64,000 nucleotides of DNA, taken from NCBI GenBank assembly GCA_047495785.1, contig JBLDXI010000038.1:248001-312000 (forward strand), in the 5' to 3' direction. The position numbers and the translations under genes are program-made. Below, piece by piece: positions 10,825 to 21,911 of the stretch. The notes beneath the pieces are model-generated. The model made no database searches. It was not told the origin of the DNA and was given only the letters and a program-made list of their open reading frames with translations. This stretch comes from Lepidodermella squamata (Eukaryota > Animalia > Gastrotricha). The first letter of the stretch is position 1; every line of letters begins with the position of its first letter.

Positions 10825-12677
10825 ATGGAGGGAGCTGGTCGTGGAGGTCGTGGTGGATTCGGCCGCGCGCGCGGCGGTCGCGGCGGTGAAGGAGGCGAGG
10901 GTGGTCGCGGTGGACGCGGTCGCCGTGGTGGTCGTGGAGACCGTGGCCGTCGCGGCGGTCGCGGAGCTGGCGACAAGGACAAGGAGTGGGTGCCCGTCAC
11001 CAAGCTCGGTCGCCTGGTCAAGGACGGCAAGATCAAGACCATCGAGGAGATCTACCTGTTCTCCCTGCCCGTCAAGGAGTTCCAAATCATCGACATGTTG
11101 GTTCCTGGTCTGAAGGACGAAGTTCTCAAGATCATGCCCGTGCAGAAGCAGACCCAAGCCGGTCAGCGCACCCGCTTCAAGGCCATCGTCGCCATTGGTG
11201 ACTACAACGGCCACATCGGTCTGGGCCTCAAGTGCTCGAAGGAAGTCGCCACCGCCATTCGTGGCGCCATCATCCTCGCTAAGCTCTCGGTCGTCCCTGT
11301 TCGCATGGGCTACTGGGGTAACCGCATCGGCAAGCCTCACACCGTCCCGTGCAAGGTCACCGGTGCCTGCGGTGGTGTCATCATGCGTCTCATCCCCGCT
11401 CCTCGTGGTACTGCCATCGTCTCTGCGCCCGTCCCCAAGAAGCTGTTGCACATGGCCGGTATGGAGGACTGCTACACCTCGTCTCGTGGCTCGACCGCCA
11501 CCCTCGGCAACTTCGGTAAGGAATCCACCAAATTATTTACCTTCAAATTTAATTAGTGATTCTACAAAACCACGATTTTCTGTGCTGTTTAAACCTTAGT
11601 GGATCTCACATTAGTTAATACGAAGCCAAAGGGACGCTAAAGGGAGTAGTTTTTTTTACCCGTCGCACCACCGCTCTTGTAATCGCGTTGTCTTATCATC
11701 CGAAATCAGCGGATTAAAATACCGTAGTTACCGAAATAGCAACCCAGGCTCATACAAAAATGATTCCTCGAAAATTGCTACTATTCAAGACTAGGCTTCT
11801 ATTTGAGAAAGGCTAATGCAACGAAGGCCTGACTCTATTTTCCGTCGTTCAATCTCAAAGCTCATCAAATTTTTCACTATTAGCTATTAGCTATTGTGTC
11901 AAATAGCTGACTATTAAATCCGAAACCCTAAGAGCATGGTGAAACGCCTATAAACTTTGCGCTTCGGTGATTCGCGAAGAACCGTGGATCTATTTGCAGT
12001 ATTTGACTGATTGCTAGCCGATAATGCCATAAATTTGGAAAAAATGTAAAAAAAAACGCATTGGCTTCATATAAGTTCTACCCGAAATATTATATGGCAG
12101 TAGTCTTATTATGCAAGCATGATATAGCCGATCATACACCGGGTATTTTTCTTCTAAATTTAGTATATCTTCATGACAGCGAGAAGATATGATACGAGCA
12201 CCATTTTGCGAAATTTTTCAATTTTTCAATGTTATGACTCAGTATTTCACGGCCCTGTGACATCGTTAAACAACGTTTATCGAAAGGTCACTTTGTTCAT
12301 ATCACACCTCGCTGGCTTTTTCTGGCTATTTCTTGCTAAAAGCATATTTTGAGCACTTAGTCAATCGTGTAATAAAAGTCTTCTTGCATTCTGAACCGTA
12401 CAGAATTACTACTGTTTTTCGGTCATTTTCATTTCGAGGGTGATTACAATGTTTTTATTTTATTTGAACAGCTATGGCCACGTACAAGGCTATGATGAGG
12501 ACGCACAGCTACTTGACCCCTGACCTGTGGAAGGAAGCCATCCTCCGTGAGCACCCCTACCAGGAACATTCGCGCCACTTGGACGACAACTCGCGTGCTC
12601 TTCCACAGTACCACAGCGCCCCGGCGCCGGCAGCCATCGCTCCGCCAGCCCCTGCTGGTTTGTCGCGGGCTTATTAA
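10825..12677 (+). CDS. RPS2: 40S ribosomal protein S2 (uS5). Exons 10825-11515, 12472-12677
   Basis: RGG-rich N-terminus, [32 protein letters not shown]|A and [10 protein letters not shown]. Confidence 0.98.
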
Positions 12678-13659
12678 GAACTTAATTCCACCTTAAATCC
12701 CCGGCGCTTTGTTGAGAGAAAAACGCGCCGGGCTATAAATAAAAAGCTGTGCATGAGCAATTGTGTACGACTTGGCGCTAATTTTACAGTGAGAGTGTGC
12801 TGCTGCTGAAAGATTGCTATTGAAGAGATACAAATAAAACGCAAAAATATTTAAAACATCATTATTAAAACACGAGTTTTCTCAATATTTTGTCTTTTTT
12901 GCGGCAGAATTTCAGTAAAACAGGTGTAATGTTTGTGTATTATACGGCATTATGTCGAGATTCGTCGCCTCGCAGTGCCAGACATGCGAAACGTACCAGT
13001 CAGTGTAGCCGCCGGAATTTATTATTGAAATGCAACAAACGCGCGTCAGTCGTTTATGCGTCAAATGTGTGCTAAATCTGCGGTGAGCAGCCATTTTGTT
13101 CTGTGTTCTGCACATTATACTTGCGATAGTGGTATTGCCTGATAATACCTGTGCCTGCCTGCCTGCCTGCCTACCAACAGCGAAGCGACCCGACGTCGAG
13201 ACTCGAAATTTTTAAGTGCCTGGCAGTAGCAACAAACGTCGCGCGGGACTCGCACGCGCGCATTCAGGTAAAACAAGTCACAGCCCACACATAAATACAA
13301 CAGATCCTACTATCCAGAGGGACCGCATTATTTTATTACGGCCCGGCATAGAATTTTGTACTAGTTACACCGTGTTTAATTCCGCTCGCGGTCGTTACTC
13401 TCGAAAACGGCGAGGTTATGTTTTGTCGCAACGTCGGACAGTCGATGTTTGTTTTACAGAAGAGCGAGCCGCTTCTCGAAATCTTTAAAGGTGTACGTGC
13501 GCTGCTGCATGCAAGTCAAGAAAGTACAATTAGAGAAACAACGAGAGATAAAGACAATTAACAATATCATCGCTTATATTCTCGTTCATTTTACATATAT
13601 AACATCTACTTCTTTTAAATCTCTTGTTTAAAAACTGCTCCGACATAGCAGCAAAGCAG

Positions 13660-15005
13660 ATGAGAGCCTCGAAAATATTAAGGAAGCTACTTTTTTTCGT
13701 AGCAATTTCAATCAACTGTATCGGACCGAGTAGCTGTGCCAAAGGTAGGAAAGTTCTGGCTGCTTTGAAAGACGTATAATTTTAGATGGATTTTAGATGA
13801 TCCGGAATACCTGGCTCATTCTTTGAGACTACAAAAGAGCTTCATTAAATGTTATATTTGCTCGCCATGTAACGTTACAAATGATGATGGCTGGGATGGA
13901 CCTCGACTGGCAGAGTGTTTGCCTGGAGAGAACTTTTGCTTCGTAAATATTGTTCAGAATCGACGCAAATGTATCAATTCAATTTCCTTTATTTTAGAAA
14001 GAAACTTTTGCGGATGGGACACGATTTTTAAGCTGTTCCGACGAATGCGAAAATGGAACTTTTACTTTGAATGGTCGTAAATCAAGGGTCGAGTGTTGTT
14101 CAACCAATGGCTGCAATAAGCTGAGCGAGGAAGATACGGATCCTGACCCACCTCCAATAACTTATCACCCATCGCGTAATTATTCATCGACGTCTTTCGC
14201 CAGCAGGTCCGCTCGCTTCGCGGTTACCAAGAAAACTAATCTACTGAAAGTCAACACGAGCTTACCTGACAATCGAACATCGACTACCAACCTGGTCAAA
14301 TCAACCGCCGCGACAGCAAAAACAACCAAATCCGTTCGGACGACTTACATAACCAAAACTGCCCCAACAAAAGCTTCAACAACAGCAGCAAATTTGACGT
14401 CGACGACTACCGCTGCCCTTACGACCACAATGAGACCAACTACTGCCTCCTCTAACTCGTCAGCTAAAACTACAGCAAAATCAGTATCCCACTCTCCGAA
14501 AACCAAGAAAGCGAGATCAACAACGATGCCCACAACCAAGGCCTTATTGACGACTAAAAAGTCCAGAACGAGACCTTCTTCAACATCAAAACCAAAAAGA
14601 TGTTTCGTTTGTGCTCATTGCAATTCATCGTTGACTGCAGAACTGGTGGCATGCGATGCAGCAGCCAAATTTTGCTACGTGAGCTAACCAAACCGGAGAA
14701 AATTGAAGATTTTACTATTATATTTTTATTTTTAGAAAGAATTGAGAGATGACGGATCAATTTTACAGAGTTGTGCCGAATCATGTCCGCATTATTCTGG
14801 CACGCCTTCGCCGCTATCCGATCCTAGGGTGATCGTAAGCGAATGTTGCAGCGATCACGATGGTTGCAACGGCCATTTTGACGATCAATACGAGTTCAAT
14901 CAACAAGCCGCCTCGATTTCATCAAAATTCAGCTCATTTAATTTACAGTCCTTACTCGCCAATTCCTGCGTTCTCCCAATCATCACCCGAGCTGTTTTAT
15001 TGTAG
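13660..15005 (+). CDS. Secreted or GPI-anchored protein with two Ly6/uPAR (three-finger) domains separated by a Thr/Ser/Lys-rich stalk. Exons 13660-13744, 13797-13942, 13998-14678, 14736-15005
   Basis: Signal-like N-terminus, KCYICSPC...ECCSTNGCN and RCFVCAHC...ECCSDHDGCN, and a hydrophobic C-terminus; splice phases are consistent. Confidence 0.8.
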
Positions 15006-17098
15006 TCGAAAATCTTGTGCTCAAAAAGTCCTATTATAATACATTCTCATTTTCATGGCGCCAAAATGCACCTCTGTTTTCTGTTGTGTGTAAATTATTT
15101 TTTACCTTCGAGCAACAAATTCGATTTGGACGTAATCTCTTGCATTCTAATTTATTTGACCTTCGAGGTTCAGTGATCATCCTTACTTGCATCAACCGTC
15201 GAATCGAAATGGAATGAATAAACACTAAAATTGTTGAAATAAAACAAATCAAGGGAAGGCCGTGATGACTGATAAAATGTGCCCGGTCCTGATGTCGATT
15301 ATAAAAACCTGAACATGAAACATGGGTAACAATGTCAATCTCTGTTGATAATAGCAAGATTTAAAATGGAGTTGTTCTGGACCCTTTCTAGCTCTTTTCC
15401 CACAAAACAATGTCGTAAACCCCTCATCTTTTGCCTTCTACCGAGAATGGCAGGCCGCACGAGTCATTTTGGCATGCATCCATTTGACTTCATCTCATAT
15501 GATTTTAGGGAAACATGGGCATGGAAGCCTGCCCTGAAAATTGCCAATTTGTCATATGCTTTTCCTGTACTGACTTTTAAAATAATAAGCAATAGATATT
15601 ATATTTCGTTTCGCCCCAACCCACGACGGTGGTTCTACTACAGCGAACGTCTGCTAGACATTCGTGTTGATTGTTGCTGACAAACTCGTGCTGCCCCCTT
15701 GCGGGGCGGACTGCATCCTCGCATCTCCGTCTCTACAGGTCCCGGTTCAGGGAGTGCGCCTGGCGTCCATCCGCAGTACGTGCTTGGTACGTGTCCTAAC
15801 CATCGCAGTCGACCAGGTGATACACCTTATAGCATTGGTGCGATATTCATATTTTCTTATACTTTCAACCTCAGTGTTGTTTCAGCCGTCTAGTTTGGTA
15901 CTGTCGGGTTCAGCGTGAAATTCTGCGTATTCTCACCTAACATGAAACCCCAATATACACTCTGCCGTTTGTTGTATATATTTTTTGAGTATGGGAAATG
16001 TTGAAAATTTGTGTGTATAAATTCAAGATTATCTTCATAAATTGACGTGGAACAATATTTTAGACTACAGGAGCTATAAAAAATAATAGCTTGGGCGCGC
16101 GCCACCGAGAAATATTTAAGGCGGCTCTGCCATCATAATATCATCAACTGCAAGAGCCGCCCATCGTTGAGCTTCATGTAGGCGATAAACTGGGGCTGGT
16201 GGTGCAGGCGAGCAAACGCCTCGCGGTAACGGTGCTGAACTGATAGGACTTCCACGTAGCGCAGGTAACATGAGACTTATTGTAGACATCATAGCGTATG
16301 AGACATCACGCCGCAGCGCGAAACTTAGCATCAGCCACCCGCAACCCGATTGCCAAGTGCCTGTTCGAACAGCCGCTCCCTTCTTGAAGGAAAGCACGGA
16401 AAGAAAGGAAAGAAGGAAACAGCTATTTTCTTGAGCTTTTGTCGGCGCTTGAGCTTTTACTCGAAGGTTCATATCGATCAAGTCGTCTCTCGTTGCCACG
16501 GAAAAATTGTTTTTTTCTCCGGAGTGCCCTACACGCCCCTGTTCTTTCTCGCCGTTATAGTTGTACCTTACGCTCTCTGTACTGCAGAATGACTGCCTTC
16601 GGGCGATCTTCCGCCGCGACGATCGCATTAGTCTTTCCGACCTGGAAAACCGCTGGCATGTTCTAGGTGGGGCGGCCTTCTTTGCGCAGTGCGGCGCTGT
16701 GCTGCAAATGCTGCTCAGTTCGTACTGCCTGTGGGCGATGACCTCAAGAGCGTCCGCCTGTCGCCTCAGGTCCCACCCTATTCACCCTTCGTACTGCTGA
16801 ATTGCTTGCTTCCTCTTGGTCCTTTTCCGACCTTTCCCGGTTAGCCCTCCTTCACTTTCTCTCCTTCTTTGCGTCTCTCACTTCCTCTGTCTCTTTGCCT
16901 CGGGTCGCGGGTCGCAACTAACTGGCAGATCTTTAGCTGGTCAAGCGGCACCACCACGTCATGGTTCCAGTGCATGCTTCCATATACCTTATCATACGCT
17001 ACTTATTCCTACCTTCCTTGCTATATATAAATTATATACTACCCTCTCTTCCAATGCCTCTCTCTCCTCTACTCACCCATCGGTTTTTTTTTATTTAG

Positions 17099-17462
17099 GC
17101 GGCCGCAATTATTGATCAGCAGATAGTAACTGTTTTCTTGGCTATTCCGATGGCGTTCCTGCTTATGACCTGTTTGATCGTAGCCTCTTTGATTCATCAC
17201 ATCCATTATACGCCGTTAGGACTTAGACCGATTGCGACAGCTCCTTTGCATCCTCAGAGAATTCATAGCGGTAGGTGTCAAAACACAACCTTACCTTCTG
17301 ATTACGGTTTCTTTGATTTCTTTATCCCTGTTGCTTCAAGAATAAATCAATCAACTTAGTGAATGCATCGCTAATAAGCACTTTAAATGTAGGCAAGTAA
17401 GAAATATAGAAATAATGTATATCCACTTCTTTTTCCTTTCTAAGGATTGCTGAATCTCGCCT
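17099..17462 (+). pseudogene. Diverged duplicate of the nAChR last exon and 3' UTR (source 1469-1785)
   Basis: It starts ag|GCGGCCGCAATTATTGATC versus ag|GCGGCCGCAATCATTGATC in the source. Both copies end in CTAAGGATTGCTGAATCTCGCCT, and small deletions shift the frame. Confidence 0.9.
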
Positions 17463-17577
17463 TTAGGTAGCCGAAGTCAGAAAATTCCTATGCTGAAATT
17501 ATCATATTTATTGCTTAACTAAAATGGCTTTCTGGTGTGTAACTGTAAATAAGCTTAAACACCGACATCGCTGACAT

Positions 17578-17751
17578 CGCGGGGTGGGCGACAGAACGAC
17601 CTGACCACTAAAATAGCGCTAAAACTATTTTTTGCATCTCCGCCAAGTCAGTCGCGTGCCGGAAAAATCGAATGCCAGTTTTTTCTATGCATCTAAATCA
17701 TTACGCCACTTGTTTCTATTTTAGTCAGGTCGTATTGTCGCCCACCCCGCG
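17578..17751. mobile_element. MITE of 174 bp with ~36-39 bp imperfect TIRs and a 4-bp TSD (ACAT)
   Basis: CGCGGGGTGGGCGACA..ACGACCTGAC..CTAAAATAG is mirrored by CTATTTTAGTCAGGTCGT..TGTCGCCCACCCCGCG; ACAT lies at 17574-77 and 17752-55. Confidence 0.85.
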
Positions 17752-18056
17752 ACATGAAAGCGCTGACATGTGTTATGGCTGTGTGAGTTCTTCGCCGACA
17801 GCATAACAGACTACCCTTTTAGCTTTAGAGAAGCTACGAAATGAATGCTACGAGGGCTAGCAGACGGTTATTCTTCGCATTTTGGTTAAGCCGATTTGGC
17901 TCATTCCTTCCAACTTCAATCCACAAGTTTCACGCCTCCGCAGACATTGCCAGGCGTCGAGCGTTACAGGAAAAGTTCAACAATAACATGCGGCAATTTT
18001 TAAGAGTATCAGCAATTAAATTGTCTTACGCGCACTTGCTTCGCAGTGCGACGTAA

Positions 18057-20760
18057 TGGGCAGGTCCCAATTTTTCTCAATCCTGGAATCTGGGATCCTG
18101 AACTGGCTATCATTTGAACCTATGATTTAGTCCGAACTAGCCCAAGCTGCCTTCAAAATCATTAAACGGGTACGTCTTGATGTTTTCTGGGCAATTTCGT
18201 CGAAGGCTTTGGGAATGCTTTATTGATAGGATATTGACGTTTAAGCGCAAAGCGCAAAGCGCAAAACATCTACAGAACTTCAAAAAGGACAGGATATGGC
18301 TAAATCTGGCCTCATTTCGCAAGTACTTGGTTAGACGCGGATACCTAAGTGTTTTATCTTGGAGATGCATTGGAGCAGTTCACACGATCCCTTTCGCTCG
18401 CATGTGTTTCCTTATACAATTAACACCTACTATTCTTATAAATACTGTGTTCCAACATGTCGATGTCCAACATTTGTTCCAACATGCCAATAAGGATCGA
18501 CATTTCGCTCTACAACATTCCAATTCTTCCGTAATCTTCTGTAGCGGAGATCATGATTGCGAATTAAATTCCTGTTCACTCAATGTCACGATCGTAGGCA
18601 GGGAAGAAATACGCTGAATGGCAGCGTGTCTTTTTCTAAAATTTAACAATGAATAGACAAACCAGGAAGAAGCCGCCTTAAAAATGTCATGTGGAGTTCA
18701 AATGGCGTATGACTTACATTTTTTAGAGTTGCTGAGTTTTTGAGAAGCTCAAGCGAATTTCAAGCAATCTGTTACTGCTCAGAATTCACCTTCAATTTTC
18801 TTCGGGAATTCTCAACAGGACTGAGGATTTATAGCGGAAACGATTTAACTTCAAGTTCCTCAATCTGCTGAGTGCTGCTGAATAGGTATAAGGTATTAAT
18901 CAATGCTCATATAACGCGTAGATTCAGGACTCTTTGTAATATTTTTTATACTTGCAAATTCGTGCCAAACGGGTTTGTATGAAGCATTGAAATCTGTTGA
19001 TGCTTCTTCTTAAACAAGGAATAGCTAAATACGAACGCGGTTAACAAGAACAAGCTTCCCTTGTAACTGTTTGCTCAACGAAGCACATTTTTCGCAAGTC
19101 AATACTGGAGAGAGAAATTTTGTTAGGCACGGAATTCCCATAATTTGCAGCTATGGATTTTGGCGTTAATCTATGGTCATGTCGACTCGGCTTTGCCTCA
19201 ATCCGATGTCATCCTCTAAGATGATTTTTTCGTAAAATCTTGATCATCTCTTTTGATACGAAAATGGAGGATATAGGTAAAAGATGAAAATGATAATACG
19301 ATAAATTGCTAAAAAGACTAGCGACGATACTGCTACGTGGAGATGGAAGAAATAGCGACGAATAAATGGTTGATCATGGATCACGGAGATGCAATAGGCC
19401 AGTTCACATGTGTTTCCTAAACTTGAATAATTACAATTACTCTCAAAAACCAACGTTCCAAAATTCTGATCTAGGTATTTTCTGCTGACTAACATTCAAA
19501 TTTCCATTTAATCAAAGGCATAGCAGCTGACACATCTTTCTAAAACGAGGAGTCAGACTTCTGGCTGCGGAATAATTCTTGTTCACCCAATGTTCAAATC
19601 ATCGGCAGCGACGAAAAAAACTAAGCGACAGCTTATCTATCTAAAATTTAACGATGATTCGATAATCCGGGAAGAGTCAGCCTTGAAAATGATATGTCGA
19701 CTTCGAATTGCGTATGATAATTTTCAACACGAAACATGAAAACCTATACAGATTGATATTAAAACCGTTTTTTGTTCAACGGCACACATCTTTCGCAACA
19801 AAAATAATAACGATCACCGAAATGACCGTTTATTCAGAATTCTAAATATAAGGAACCCTCTATTCAATTGAGGATTCATCTTTTATTTAAGGTCTCTATT
19901 ATTTTCCGTTCGTCATAAAAAAACACGAGCATTAGCTCCATTTTTATCCATCTCGACCCACGTTGATTTACGCCCTTCGAAATTTCCGACCCACTCTTCC
20001 TCCACATTTTAAGTTTAGGTGTTAAAGCAGGACAAATATGGTTTAGGCGATCGCAGGCGCACGCGCTTTCTAGTGAAGCTAATAGTTTTGACTTTCCTCA
20101 GTAAATTGCATCTTCCCGTTATTACTTAATTCCCTTAATTCTGTAAGTCTATGGTCATCTCGACTCGGCTGTGACAAGGGTACCACACTGCTTACGCAAT
20201 CGGATGGAACTATCAAGCCATCTATCCCTCACACTCTCATTTGCTACACGATCACCATTATTGCTGCGTTCGCTATAATGGTCTGTTAATTACCGCGTAA
20301 GTGCGCGCGCAACACTAATAAGACCGATATTTTGACGCACTTCCGAAATTAGGCAGATATTTGTACGCGGTGGGTGTGACCCGTAAAGCAAAATAGTATC
20401 TACTGATTAATGCAGCTGCTCATTACCGGAACACGAAATTCCGATAATAACTTTATACATGACATTCCTGAATCATCAACTGAATTCTGACAAATTTTGA
20501 CGCTTACATTCGACAGGTTGGTTTTTGCGCGCGAATGGGAAACCACGCTTAATCATGGCGACGAAACATAAATTTAAATTATTTGAATGTGAAGGCCATT
20601 GCAAAAAAATTTAATTTTTCTTAATCTGACTGTAAAAATATTTATTTCAAAAGGATAGTAAAAATAATACTGACTTGCCGCGGGCGCCACAGACAAACAG
20701 AGAAAAACGGGAAGGGGGTCTGCCGACTAACAGCAGTCCCGGTAACCCGGGACCTGCCCA
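18057..20760. mobile_element. Non-autonomous PIF/Harbinger-like DNA transposon, 2.7 kb
   Basis: Perfect 12-bp TIR TGGGCAGGTCCC (18057-68) / GGGACCTGCCCA (20749-60) with TAA directly outside both ends; no intact transposase ORF. Confidence 0.75.
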
Positions 20761-21120
20761 TAATATTTTCTAATATTTTAAACACATTTTTCTGCTATTT
20801 TTGTTAACAATTATTTCGTGTTATAAATACTTCACCTTTATTAATCGGCGCTAAAAAGTTGAGCAAAAACAGACGCGTGTTGCCGTGGTTGTGGCCTGTT
20901 GTTACGGTTGCTCGGTCTCGGATGTTCCGTAGACCGTATACCATGTACCACCTTACGTCTTTTACTTGCCTGGACGGCGCCAGGCGCCAGAGTTCTGCAG
21001 CCAAGGAAGTGCTTCTAATTTAGGGTCGATGTCTCAGCCTTTTCAGGGCGATGATTGATTATGATTACGACTTAACACTCCGAAGAGTTTTGCCGCCGCA
21101 CTCAGTATGAGGGAAGGAGG

Positions 21121-21170
21121 GTGATCGTAGATAATTGACGGTCGTGTGATCGTAGATAATTGACGGTCGT
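21121..21170. repeat. Perfect 25-bp tandem duplication
   Basis: GTGATCGTAGATAATTGACGGTCGT occurs twice in tandem. Confidence 0.95.
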
Positions 21171-21911
21171 GACCGTTGGGGATACGGCAAGCCCCGTTTG
21201 CACCCTTTAGCGCCTGATACGGGTACATCCGATGGCTCTTAATAACCTTAACCATCGCCTCTCCAATACACTTGGTTTGGCTTTAACATTAACACCTGCA
21301 AAAGGCACGAGGCACATGGCAGGCGAGAAAGGTCATGACTCCTTATTCGTTATTCCTTATACCGAATACCGTGTGCAGTAGTAAGTAGCGAGTATCGGAA
21401 AGCCGGAGATATTTTTCCGATTGGCGGCGCGCGGCTCATTCGTAGAGCGGTAAAAACGTGTGATTTCTTTGTGCGTGTCTTGGGTCTTGAGTGTCAAATA
21501 CGTGATGTGAGAACGTATCTTTAATTGGCGATACATGTGCTAGCGGGCCAATTTTTGATCCCGGCCTCTAATCCCATGTGACGTAGACGTTGACGGACGC
21601 AGTAGAACGTAGTAGTAGAACTACCCCGATTTTTTGCCTGAAAACATCGCGAAAAAGATTTCGTTCGATCTATCATTTTTTATGCAGAGATCGGGCTGAA
21701 TTTCTGAATACCACGTGTCTAATCCTAAGTCATTAAATTAAGTACCTATTACCGACCCGCATGAAATTAGGCAAGTATATCTTAAAAATGAATGGGCTAA
21801 CTTCAATTTTGTTATACATGAGCATATCTGCTATCGACGTCATCTTTAGTTTTCTAGGCAGCCGATTTTTTTTCTTTTTTTTTTCACTTGGGAAATTGGA
21901 TAGTTTCGAAG

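Noticed and set aside
10777-11451. 224-aa antisense ORF over RPS2, and similar shadow ORFs over ATP5PD, INTS1 and SUZ12
   Set aside because: These are by-products of codon bias on the coding strand and contain no recognisable domains.
11759-11833. Possible C/D snoRNA (ATGATT...CTGA) with TTGCTACTA complementary to 28S rRNA
   Set aside because: The C box is imperfect, complementarity is only 9 nt, and there is no adjacent D' box.
21550-21558. AATTTTTGA Sm-site-like motif as a possible SL RNA or snRNA
   Set aside because: There is no suitable upstream donor stem-loop or snRNA homology.
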